A stretch of DNA of 63,237 nucleotides, filler included. It is 5 parts of 5 records of this genome, joined end to end, with 100 filler letters (N's around TTAATTAATTAA, not from the genome) between each part and the next. Parts side by side here need not be neighbours in the genome. Positions count along the whole stretch, not along the records: positions 25,014 to 31,792 come from SRR31156797_8772; positions 31,893 to 36,958 come from SRR31156797_8775; positions 37,059 to 63,237 come from SRR31156797_8777; 2 more parts are not named here. One strand, given 5' to 3'. How positions within the stretch are numbered: position 1 is the first letter of the stretch; the number at the start of each line of letters is the position of its first letter. Below the pieces are notes generated by a model. It had not been told where the DNA came from. It did not search any database and saw only the letters and a program-made list of their open reading frames with translations. This document shows positions 30,936 through 39,781 of this stretch, in pieces. The position numbers and the translations under genes are program-made.

Positions 30936-31655
30936 TTAAGAGCTCCCGCTTATATCCGTTATACCTAGTTTACTGAAAATACGCTCTCTAAATATGATCG
31001 CCGGGATAAGCAAAACCATGGCCCCTGTCGTCAGAATAATGAAAAACGTCCAGTCGCCCTCAAATACCTTGGCCCCCTGGAGGCTGAGCACCAATGTTCC
31101 GGGCATGCGCGCTATTGAGGAAACGATTATGAATTTCAGTATGGATATGCGTGAGAGGCCGAAGAGATAGCACATAATGTCCTTTGGGGCTCCCGGAAAA
31201 ACAAACAATATAAATACGGTCAACAGACCGTATCGTTCCACGCGCGATTCAAAATTGTCCAGCATGCGGGCCGGAATGATTTTTTCCAGAAACACCCTTT
31301 CAAATATGCGGCCAAGGGTCACGTTTATGAGGCTGCCGATGGTCAGACCGACGGAACCATAAATAAAACCCGGCAGCCAGCCGAATACCACCCCGCCTAA
31401 AAAAGAGGAGAGTTCTCCGGGGATTGGCGCCAGTACGACCTGAAGAATGGAAAGACCAATAAAATATAAAGCCGAGTAGGGCTGGTGAGATTGAAAATAT
31501 TCGCGGGCGGCCTCTTTGTCCATAAGAAATTTTGTTGTTTTTACGGCCAAATCGTGGAGAGGGCCGACATACAACAGGACCATTACCGCCAGAACAGCCA
31601 GGCCCGCGAGCAACAGGATCAATTTGTGCGAGTTGTTATTTTTATTTTCCTTCAT
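30936..31655 (-). CDS. TVP38/TMEM64 (VTT/DedA) membrane protein
   Basis: QVVLAPIPG, FPGAPKD, RMPGT. Confidence 0.88.
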   Translation of the reverse strand: MKENKNNNSHKLILLLAGLAVLAVMVLLYVGPLHDLAVKTTKFLMDKEAAREYFQSHQPYSALYFIGLSILQVVLAPIPGELSSFLGGVVFGWLPGFIYGSVGLTIGSLINVTLGRIFERVFLEKIIPARMLDNFESRVERYGLLTVFILFVFPGAPKDIMCYLFGLSRISILKFIIVSSIARMPGTLVLSLQGAKVFEGDWTFFIILTTGAMVLLIPAIIFRERIFSKLGITDISGSS

Positions 31656-31737
31656 ACCGTCAAGGGTTATACCTTGAATGAAACGGAAAGAAAAGGAATA
31701 GTGTCATTTCCCGGAAATACTTTATGGTAATCTCTTC

Positions 31738-31792
31738 GTAGGCCGGGTTAGCGTGGCGTAATCCAACACCTTGAAATTGTTGGGTTACGCTA
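31738..31792. repeat. GTAG-type REP/REPIN inverted pair at contig end
   Basis: GTAGGCCGGGTTAGCG..GCGTAATCCAACA then inverted TGTTGGGTTACGC. Confidence 0.65.
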
Positions 31793-31892
31793 NNNNNNNN
31801 NNNNNNNNNNNNNNNNNNNNNNNNNNNNNNNNNNNNTTAATTAATTAANNNNNNNNNNNNNNNNNNNNNNNNNNNNNNNNNNNNNNNNNNNN
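31793..31892. other. Artificial contig spacer
   Basis: N-run with TTAATTAATTAA. Confidence 0.99.
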
Positions 31893-32148
31893 CCATGCTG
31901 AAGAAATATTCAAGAGAAAGTTGGTTATTATTTAAGAATTTTAATTCAATTCCACCATCAAGATCAAAAACAAAAACCTTTTTTTCTTTTTCTCCAAAAT
32001 ATTTACTTATTAGATATAGATTCGCGTGAGAGCTGTCCTTATTTACAAAACTATCATAATGACCTCCTGTAGATACTTCAGAATAATATTCAAAGCCGAA
32101 CATCTGAAAAGTCAGAAATACAATTGCGAGAAAAACCGCATATCTCAT
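31893..32148 (-). CDS. Exported hypothetical protein, 3' truncated
   Basis: Signal peptide; ATGA-coupled to upstream gene. Confidence 0.65.
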
Positions 32149-32666
32149 CTTATTTTTCTCTTACGTCTTCTATTTTTAATTTTTCTTATCACTTTTTTAC
32201 TGTTGCCATTGTATAAAAAACTATCCATATCAGGCTCTTCTTCCTGTTTTTCATCTACAATTTCCAATTCATACACATCATCAACATCAATTTCTATAAA
32301 CTCTATATCAGGGAATTCAATTTCATCATCAGTTTCACTTTCTTCTCTCAGGATGTTTTCTTCATCCACAACACTTTCTTCATTTGAGATATCATGATAT
32401 TGGATAGCTTTAGCCGTTCTCTTCTTTTTAATTACAACAGTGGCTTTTTCCGCAAAATCAGCAATGTCATCATCACTGCAAATATCATTATCCTTGTCAG
32501 GATAATCTTCAAAAAAAGAATCTTTAAAAAGCTCCTTTTCCCAGTCTTTAACTGTAATTTTTCCTTTTGTAATAACTACACTTACTTTTAGGGAGGGGTT
32601 ACTGTCAGAATCACCAAAGATATTCAGAGAAAAAGTAATTATTATGAAAAAGAGGACCATTTTCAT
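32145..32666 (-). CDS. Exported acidic hypothetical protein with basic tail
   Basis: Signal peptide; D/E-rich core; KKVIRKIKNRRRKRKIR C-terminus; in ECF operon. Confidence 0.65.
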   Translation of the reverse strand: MKMVLFFIIITFSLNIFGDSDSNPSLKVSVVITKGKITVKDWEKELFKDSFFEDYPDKDNDICSDDDIADFAEKATVVIKKKRTAKAIQYHDISNEESVVDEENILREESETDDEIEFPDIEFIEIDVDDVYELEIVDEKQEEEPDMDSFLYNGNSKKVIRKIKNRRRKRKIR

Positions 32667-32669
32667 TAT

Positions 32670-33395
32670 TTAAATAACATCTTTTAATTCATTTTCAGGA
32701 TATCTGAGATAAACCACTTCTGTATTATTCTCACCAACTTTAATAACAATTCTGTGCCTACGGGAATATCCTTGAAACCTTGCTTCCGTATCAATATGCC
32801 ACTTTCCTTTTTCTTTTGCGTCCACAACAAAAGGAATCCTATTTTTTCCTTTTTTAAGACTTCTTTTCCATCTATGGTGTTTTATTCCCCGAATTTTTTC
32901 ATTTGTACTATGAAAAGCTACTTCTTTGTCCAAAACAATTGTAAATTCAACATCATTAACATTCTCTGATGCATGATAAAAAAGCTCTATCGATATAGGT
33001 TCACCACTTTGAGCATTTGTTCTGGCAATAACTTCAGGCAAAGCTGCTTTGTCAGGTTCAGGAAAATAAATAACCCCAAAAACTATAAGAACGAAAGCAA
33101 ACGCAACTATTGCAGGTTTAAATAAGCTTGAAATTTTCATACCCTGACTCTTTTTATTTTGCTTTCTAGACTTAATTTTTCCAGCAAGTCCAATAAGATG
33201 AGAATCAGGATATTGATCTCTTGTACTTCCATATGAACTTAATGTTTCAGACAAAGAAAGAGTATTTTCATAATTCTTTTTGCAGATAGGACATTTCTTA
33301 ACGTGATCTTCAACATAACTCTTTTCGATATCATCAAGCTTGCCGTTCATGAGTTTATCAATCAGTATTTTAACATCCTTACACCCTGTCATCAT
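32670..33395 (-). CDS. Zinc-binding (ZAS/zf-HC2) transmembrane anti-sigma factor
   Basis: HVKKCPIC (HxxxCxxC), one TM, beta-rich periplasmic domain; follows ECF sigma gene. Confidence 0.85.
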   Translation of the reverse strand: MMTGCKDVKILIDKLMNGKLDDIEKSYVEDHVKKCPICKKNYENTLSLSETLSSYGSTRDQYPDSHLIGLAGKIKSRKQNKKSQGMKISSLFKPAIVAFAFVLIVFGVIYFPEPDKAALPEVIARTNAQSGEPISIELFYHASENVNDVEFTIVLDKEVAFHSTNEKIRGIKHHRWKRSLKKGKNRIPFVVDAKEKGKWHIDTEARFQGYSRRHRIVIKVGENNTEVVYLRYPENELKDVI

Positions 33396-33405
33396 TTCAC
33401 CATTA

Positions 33406-33972
33406 TTAAAACAATAAATCTTTTCTATGCTTTCGGGCGATTTTAGCCAACTTCATTCTTGCTCTGTAAATTCTAGTTCGAAGAGATTCAACTGAGCAAC
33501 ATAAAATATCCGATGCCTCTTCATAATTCATTTCATTGAGATCTATCAACGTAATAACTTCTTTGTACTTCATGGGTAAAAAAGATATCAACTCAAGTAA
33601 TTTTCTATTCCTATCCTGAACAATTAAGTTCTCATCATTTCCAATACATCCATCCACGGCATCTGCTCCCGTATCTTCTGAGGAAATAAAAGGCCTCGTT
33701 TTAGCTGCCTTTTTATAATTAAAGAACTCGTTTCTAAGAATTCGCCATATCCATGATGTAAAAGAGCTATTTTTCTTAAATTTTCCAATATTAGAAAAAG
33801 ATTTAATTAAAGCCTCCTGCATAATATCACCCGCATCATTATAATTTCCACCTGTTATCGCCAGAGCAAAACTAAATATTTTGTCATTATGATGCCTGAC
33901 AATCATTTCAAAAGCCACAGGATCGCCATCAATAGCTAGATCCAGAAGATGAGATTCATTGTATTCAACCAT
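33406..33972 (-). CDS. ECF sigma-70 factor
   Basis: DIMQEALI, FTSWIWRI, YEEASDIL...RTRIYRAR. Confidence 0.92.
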   Translation of the reverse strand: MVEYNESHLLDLAIDGDPVAFEMIVRHHNDKIFSFALAITGGNYNDAGDIMQEALIKSFSNIGKFKKNSSFTSWIWRILRNEFFNYKKAAKTRPFISSEDTGADAVDGCIGNDENLIVQDRNRKLLELISFLPMKYKEVITLIDLNEMNYEEASDILCCSVESLRTRIYRARMKLAKIARKHRKDLLF

Positions 33973-34067
33973 GTCACTACTTCAGACAATTCTCAGAAAA
34001 CAAATATAACACTTTTTTTTAAATAATGTAAAAGATGTATACTTAATCACTCAAATGAAAGCCCATC

Positions 34068-34096
34068 TTGACAAAAAACCATGATAAAGCGATACT
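34068..34096 (+). promoter_or_regulatory. Sigma70-type promoter
   Basis: TTGACA-N17-GATACT; SD AAGGAG then GTG at 34128. Confidence 0.65.
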
Positions 34097-34127
34097 TTTG
34101 GAGTTTCTTTTAATTAAAGGAGTTTTC

Positions 34128-36944
34128 GTGAATAAAGATACTGTCCGGGTGGAATTGCACTGTCATTCAAATGTAAGTGATGGCAATCTCAATCCAACCG
34201 ATCTTGCAAAGGAATGTGTTGGATCAGGTGTTCAATTCGCAGCTATAACGGATCACGATACAACTGCAGGGTTAGATAAATTTGAAGAGATCTGCAAAAA
34301 TAACGGTGTCGGTTTTATTTCCGGAATTGAGATCACATCAAAGGTAAATGAATATGACATCCACATCTTAGGATACGGTTTTGACAGAAAAACTGACTCT
34401 TTTTCAAGCCTTCTTGCTCCGGTAAATGAAGGAACGCCTTCTGCACAAACAACTATTACCAGAATTCATAATGCAGGTGGTATTGCAGTTCTTGCCCATC
34501 CATTTGCAGCTGGTCGTAACGAAAAACAAGCATCTGATATCATTTCAAGTCTCGTTGGATCCGGTCTTGACGGAATTGAGGTGATCCACCATTCAGCAAC
34601 GGTTGAAAACCAGGAATTCTTAAGAAAAAAAGCTCGTGATTTCGGTCTTGTCATCACTGGTGGCTCTGATTTTCATAATGATAAGGATTCTAAAGAAAAA
34701 AAGATCGGAATGGACTTTGACAGAGATGACTGGGAAAAGTTTAGAAACTCCATATTCTCTTCCCAAAGTCAGGCCCAAAAAGAAAAAAGATCAGAAACTG
34801 CAATTGCAATGGGTATTATCCAAGGTGGAAAGAAAAATATTAACCGCCTGATAACCTGGATGGTCATTCCTGCTGTAACAGTTATAACTCTTTTCCTTGT
34901 GGCTCTTTTTGGATTCTTTCTTCCCGGATATGAAGAAGAGCTTCTTCAAAGAAAGCGGGAAACGATCAGGGAGCTCACTCATACTGTCTGGAGCATGTTG
35001 GATGAGGCTCAACTCGAAATCAAAGCAGGAGCGCCTGCTGAGGCGACGAAAAAGCACGTTGCAGAACAGATCCGTTACCTAAGATACGGCCCTGAAGAAA
35101 AAGATTACTTCTGGATACAGGACCTGACACCGAAAATGATAGTTCACCCATACAGACCTGATCTTGATGGAAAGAATATTGGAGATATTACAGATTCCAG
35201 AGGTGTAAAGATATTTTCGGCCTTTGCTGACATCGTAAAGGAAAAAGGCGAAGGCTATGCAGATTACGTCTGGCAATGGAAAGATGATCCCGAAAGACAG
35301 GAAGTAAAAGAATCATATATCAAGCTTTTTAAACCCTGGGGCTGGGTAATCGGAACAGGAATATACATGCATGATGCAATGTATGAGATAGATCAGATCA
35401 GAAAAAGGCTTGTCTACACCGTTTCAGTTATCGCCGGACTTTTGGTCATACTTCTAATGATAATGATAAGAGGCGGATTGATATTTGAAAAGCAGAGGAA
35501 GGTTGCTGAAATTAGACTTAAAGAGTCAACTGACAAGTATAGATCACTCGTTCTAGCGGCAGCTGAAGGCCTGCTTTTTGTGAGAAACGGTCTATGCTCC
35601 TACGCAAATCCTGTCATGCTTGAGCTGATCGGATGCAGTGATAGCGAACTCGGTCTGATAACCTGGAAAGAACTTTTTCCTGAACTCAATATTGATCCAA
35701 ACAAAGTGATCAGCAAAGATGTTAAACTTAAAAGAATGAACGGCACAAAGATTCTTTGTTCACTAAAGGTTACAGGTCAAAGCTGCAACGACAGCTTTAT
35801 CTGTATTGTGAGAAAAAAAGAGGACTCCTTACCTTTCGGGAAGGATACAACGAGTAATGTGCTCCAGAGAATTTTAAAACTACCTGCCTCTATCGCTGAG
35901 GACTTGGCAAAAGAGATCGCAGTTGCAAAAGATGAAGAAGAAGTTATCTCCCATTGTCTTAAAACACCTCAACTTGTTACAGCTATGTTAAAAAGTGGAG
36001 CTGACTCCACATTGATAGTTAAGGCTATCACAGAAATAACAGACGCCACCACCACACGTTTTATCGAATTAAAACAATCAGTTATAGGCAAAGAGCCTGT
36101 GCCTTTCACTTTTATAGCACTTGGAAGTCAGGGCAGACATGAACAGACGCTTTTTACAGATCAGGATAATGCACTTATCTTTCATGAAAACGGTAAAGAC
36201 GATCCTGAAGTTATTAAATATTTCCAAGAACTATCAACAGCCGTCTGTGCAAACCTTGCAAGATCAGGATACAGACCTTGCGGCGGAAAAATAATGGCTG
36301 AAAATCCCAAATGGTGTCAACCGCTAAGTCAGTGGGAAAGCTATTTTACGCAGTGGATAGAAAAAACTGAACCTCAGGATATTATTGAACTTAACACTTT
36401 TCTAGACATGAGGTTCGTTGCAGGAGATAAAGACCTTTTAGATTCGCTCAAGGATCATATTTTTGTGACAGCAGAGGATGCATCTCAATTCTTTCTTTTC
36501 ATGGCAAATGAGGCTCTTAGGTTTAAGGTGCCGCTTCAGATCTTCGGTAGCATGGTCTCCTGGGGACAGCTTAAGGAAAATGACGGAAGGCTTGACCTAA
36601 AAGCCGCCATGATGCCCGTTGTTAACTATGCAAGACTCTTTTCGCTTAAACATGAGGTCAGATCGGTTTCCACAAGTGAGAGACTTGAAACCCTTCATGA
36701 AGTCGGACATCTGTCACAAATTCAATACGACGATATTCAGACTGTTTTTAAAACTCTGCTGAGACTGAGACTCAACCACCAGGGATCAACAGTTGAAAAA
36801 GGACGTGAACCTGACAACCTTATTGACCCGTCTCTTCTTGGAACTATGGATGACGCGGTTCTTAAAGAATGCTTTAAAGAAATTGAGCTTTTTCAGGAAC
36901 ATATCAAAAGGGCTTTTATCGGCGGTGCTGAGAGAATCGTATGA
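34128..36944 (+). CDS. PHP phosphoesterase-TM-sCache_2-TM-PAS-like-DUF294 nucleotidyltransferase-DUF294_C fusion
   Basis: LHCHS..SDG, TDHDT, LAHP, GGSDFH (PHP); YFWI..HPYRPDL..WGWVIGTG (sCache_2); GSQGRHEQTLFTDQDNAL (DUF294); DLKAA..VNYARL (DUF294_C). Confidence 0.88.
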   Translation: MNKDTVRVELHCHSNVSDGNLNPTDLAKECVGSGVQFAAITDHDTTAGLDKFEEICKNNGVGFISGIEITSKVNEYDIHILGYGFDRKTDSFSSLLAPVNEGTPSAQTTITRIHNAGGIAVLAHPFAAGRNEKQASDIISSLVGSGLDGIEVIHHSATVENQEFLRKKARDFGLVITGGSDFHNDKDSKEKKIGMDFDRDDWEKFRNSIFSSQSQAQKEKRSETAIAMGIIQGGKKNINRLITWMVIPAVTVITLFLVALFGFFLPGYEEELLQRKRETIRELTHTVWSMLDEAQLEIKAGAPAEATKKHVAEQIRYLRYGPEEKDYFWIQDLTPKMIVHPYRPDLDGKNIGDITDSRGVKIFSAFADIVKEKGEGYADYVWQWKDDPERQEVKESYIKLFKPWGWVIGTGIYMHDAMYEIDQIRKRLVYTVSVIAGLLVILLMIMIRGGLIFEKQRKVAEIRLKESTDKYRSLVLAAAEGLLFVRNGLCSYANPVMLELIGCSDSELGLITWKELFPELNIDPNKVISKDVKLKRMNGTKILCSLKVTGQSCNDSFICIVRKKEDSLPFGKDTTSNVLQRILKLPASIAEDLAKEIAVAKDEEEVISHCLKTPQLVTAMLKSGADSTLIVKAITEITDATTTRFIELKQSVIGKEPVPFTFIALGSQGRHEQTLFTDQDNALIFHENGKDDPEVIKYFQELSTAVCANLARSGYRPCGGKIMAENPKWCQPLSQWESYFTQWIEKTEPQDIIELNTFLDMRFVAGDKDLLDSLKDHIFVTAEDASQFFLFMANEALRFKVPLQIFGSMVSWGQLKENDGRLDLKAAMMPVVNYARLFSLKHEVRSVSTSERLETLHEVGHLSQIQYDDIQTVFKTLLRLRLNHQGSTVEKGREPDNLIDPSLLGTMDDAVLKECFKEIELFQEHIKRAFIGGAERIV

Positions 36945-36958
36945 GTCAGCTGAAAATA

Positions 36959-37058
36959 NNNNNNNNNNNNNNNNNNNNNNNNNNNNNNNNNNNNNNNNNN
37001 NNTTAATTAATTAANNNNNNNNNNNNNNNNNNNNNNNNNNNNNNNNNNNNNNNNNNNN
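36959..37058. other. Artificial contig spacer
   Basis: N-run with TTAATTAATTAA. Confidence 0.99.
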
Positions 37059-37523
37059 ATAGGGGTCAGGGCCTGCGAGGCGGCCTTTGAAAAAATGCGG
37101 ATGGGGATCTCCGATGATGAGGAGATCGTATGCATTACGGAGAACGATGCCTGTGGAGTGGATGCTGTTCAGGCTCTCCTGAGCTGCACCATCGGAAAAG
37201 GAAACCTGATCTACAGGGGTACTGGGAAACAGGCTTTTTCTTTCTTCAACCGTAAGAACGGTGAAAAACTGCGCGTTTGCCTCAAGGCCGGGAAAAAGGA
37301 AGGGATGGATCGAGGCCAATGGCAGGAATACCTCCTGAATGCCTCTATTGACGATGTCTTCAGCTTCTCCGAGCCCGTCTATGACGTGCCGGAACGGGCA
37401 AGAATCTTTCATACCGTCATCTGTGAAATCTGCGGAGAGGGGGCTCCCGAACATAAGATGCGCCTTGAGGATGGGAAAACCGTTTGTGCCGACTGTTGCC
37501 GGACTTATGACAGGGGCTGGTAA
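37059..37523 (+). CDS. FmdE family protein with C-terminal C4 zinc finger, 5' truncated
   Basis: ENDACGVDAVQ..CTIGKGNL; CEIC..CADC; frame open from contig start. Confidence 0.85.
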   Translation: MGVRACEAAFEKMRMGISDDEEIVCITENDACGVDAVQALLSCTIGKGNLIYRGTGKQAFSFFNRKNGEKLRVCLKAGKKEGMDRGQWQEYLLNASIDDVFSFSEPVYDVPERARIFHTVICEICGEGAPEHKMRLEDGKTVCADCCRTYDRGW

Positions 37524-37581
37524 CAGTGCCGAGAATGGTTTTGTGAACCACACCTTACGAGACAGTCCCCCTCGGCATATT

Positions 37582-38337
37582 TTATTCGTATTCGATTATG
37601 ACGAGTCCTTTATATTGATCGTGGTTTCGTAAGGACCTGCAGAGCACCTTCATGTAGATCTCATTGACCTGAAAATTGAAACAGCCTTGACCTCCCTCCG
37701 AGTCAAATCCCTGGAGTATCTGATCAAGGAATTGGCCTGTGAGGATCTGCTCCACCTCTCCTTCGGAAATCCGGCTGCCAAGGGCCTTCATCTTACTGTT
37801 GTATAGGACAACCTGGTTCTCCCTGTTAAGAACAAGCACGGGGACCGGAAGATCCTCCAGGATTTCGGGTGTCAGTTCCAGTATTGTATTCCTGGAGAGA
37901 TTGCCTTTTTTGAGCCGACGGTTCTCTTCGATGATCCGGTCCATGTACATTTTATTCTCCCATCGGATCTCATAGATTTTGAGGCTCTGGTCAATGGCTT
38001 CCAGCAGTTCATCCGTCTGCCAGGGTTTGGCGAGGAACCGGAAGACCTCTCCCTTGTTGATGGCATCGATTATGGCCGAACTGTCGGCATAGCCCGAGAG
38101 GATGATCCGGATCGTATCGGGGTAACTCTCTTTCACCTTCTGGAGAAAATCGATCCCGCTCATTCCCGGCATTCTTGCATCGCTGATTACCAGGGGGATC
38201 TCCTTCTCCGTCATGATCTTCAGGCCTTCCTCTCCTGATGTGGCGGTAAGAAGGGTCATCCCGCTCTTTCTGAATTGTCGTTTGAGGGAATTGAGAATCT
38301 CCGGTTCATCGTCGACAAATAGGACCGACCTGTTCAT
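37582..38337 (-). CDS. Response regulator (REC plus PAS-like C-terminus)
   Basis: LFVDDE, SDARMPGM, LSGY, KPW. Confidence 0.88.
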   Translation of the reverse strand: MNRSVLFVDDEPEILNSLKRQFRKSGMTLLTATSGEEGLKIMTEKEIPLVISDARMPGMSGIDFLQKVKESYPDTIRIILSGYADSSAIIDAINKGEVFRFLAKPWQTDELLEAIDQSLKIYEIRWENKMYMDRIIEENRRLKKGNLSRNTILELTPEILEDLPVPVLVLNRENQVVLYNSKMKALGSRISEGEVEQILTGQFLDQILQGFDSEGGQGCFNFQVNEIYMKVLCRSLRNHDQYKGLVIIEYE

Positions 38338-38500
38338 AGAAAGTTGACCTCCCTGTTGGCGTTACTTGCTTCTAAGTATAGCTGATGCCGGGAAAAAACC
38401 AGACTAAAAAATCTGAAAATATGGGAATGATATTATAAATCCCCGTTATATATAAAATAAAATCTGGATGAATAATGATCGATCATTATACTTCTTAGTT

Positions 38501-39781
38501 ATGAATAGAGATCGCTTGCTGTTCCTATTGCTTTTTTTTCTTATCCCTCAGGCTATGATGCTCTTTCCAGCACCAGTCACAAGCTGGAGCCATAGAAGCG
38601 GTTACGAGTTCACTGCTTCCACTTACTGCGACATCCGGGATCACTCTCTGATCCTGGGTGAAGGGAGGATTCAATACGCCGACTCCCTGAAAGAGTGGAG
38701 ACTGAACTATAGCAGCCGCTGGGATCATCACAGCATTCTGGACAGGGTGTCCTACAACGCCGCCGGCGGGATGTTCCAGTACAATGACCTGCCCCATACT
38801 GTCCTCGGTATCAAGGGTTCTCTGGATAATGATCGCTTTATAGAAGTCTTTGACAACGGTTTTCCCCGGTCTCTGAGAGAGGAGCCCTATCCCCGTCGGA
38901 GCGGGAAGTATCTGAGCGATATCAATTACGGGATCAAGCCCTATGGGGACCTCTTCTTCAAGCCTCTGGACAACCTGACCTGGGGATTCTGGAATCATAT
39001 GGTTCTGGGTGAGGACAAGGATGTTTCTCCCTCCCGTCTGGATCGGCTCTCAGAGCCCCGGAGAATGCCTGAAGGCGAGTCTCCTTCTCTCTACCTGCAG
39101 ACCACTCCCCGGCTGATATATGAATGGAGGGGCGGCCCGCACAGGATCGTGGGTGAGCTGTATGTTGACAATCGAGTCTATTTCGGCGACAGCCTTCTTG
39201 TGGAGGGAAGGGAGTATAGCTATTTCTATAAAATCATAGCGGTCCCCCAATGGATCGTGGATTTTGAGAGGGACTACTTCAAACTCTATGTTTATACATC
39301 CCTGGAGATGGAGAAGCTCCAGCATCTGGACTACCTCCAGTGGAAGTTTAGAACAAGTCCCTCCCTCGGTTGGGACCTGGGACGCCTGTCTCTCGGTATC
39401 TCGGGAGCCGGCTATGAGTTTCAGGATGAAATCGGTATTGAGTTTGACAACCGGGAGCTGATCGCCTACAAAGCCGCGGATAGCTACAGCGCCTGGGTGC
39501 TGGCTGTCAAAGGAATTGCCTTCTATGATCTCAATCCTTTTTTGAGAGCCGGCTTGGAATCCGGCTACAGGGGGGGAAGCTGGGAACAGGGCGGGGAAGA
39601 CGGTCTTCTGGAGGAGTACTTCTTTATCAGCTCCCTGGAGGTTCATCTGGGAGCAGGCCCCCGCTGGGATCTGAGTGTGAAAGGAAACTTAGAGCTCTAC
39701 CAGTTCCGTCATGTGATACCTGCTGAAAAGGACCTTCCGTCGGAAAGGGTTTTGCGCATTTCCGTCATCTTCAGTCGGTGA
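38501..39781 (+). CDS. Hypothetical exported, probable outer-membrane beta-barrel protein
   Basis: Signal-like N-terminus (alternative start 38468); aromatic alternating strands; no family recognised. Confidence 0.55.
   Translation: MNRDRLLFLLLFFLIPQAMMLFPAPVTSWSHRSGYEFTASTYCDIRDHSLILGEGRIQYADSLKEWRLNYSSRWDHHSILDRVSYNAAGGMFQYNDLPHTVLGIKGSLDNDRFIEVFDNGFPRSLREEPYPRRSGKYLSDINYGIKPYGDLFFKPLDNLTWGFWNHMVLGEDKDVSPSRLDRLSEPRRMPEGESPSLYLQTTPRLIYEWRGGPHRIVGELYVDNRVYFGDSLLVEGREYSYFYKIIAVPQWIVDFERDYFKLYVYTSLEMEKLQHLDYLQWKFRTSPSLGWDLGRLSLGISGAGYEFQDEIGIEFDNRELIAYKAADSYSAWVLAVKGIAFYDLNPFLRAGLESGYRGGSWEQGGEDGLLEEYFFISSLEVHLGAGPRWDLSVKGNLELYQFRHVIPAEKDLPSERVLRISVIFSR

Noticed and set aside
17428-37058. Recurrent TTAATTAATTAA within four N-runs, and apparent gene neighbourhoods across them
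   Set aside because: Artificial concatenation spacers; flanking contigs differ in composition and gene style, so no cross-spacer linkage was inferred
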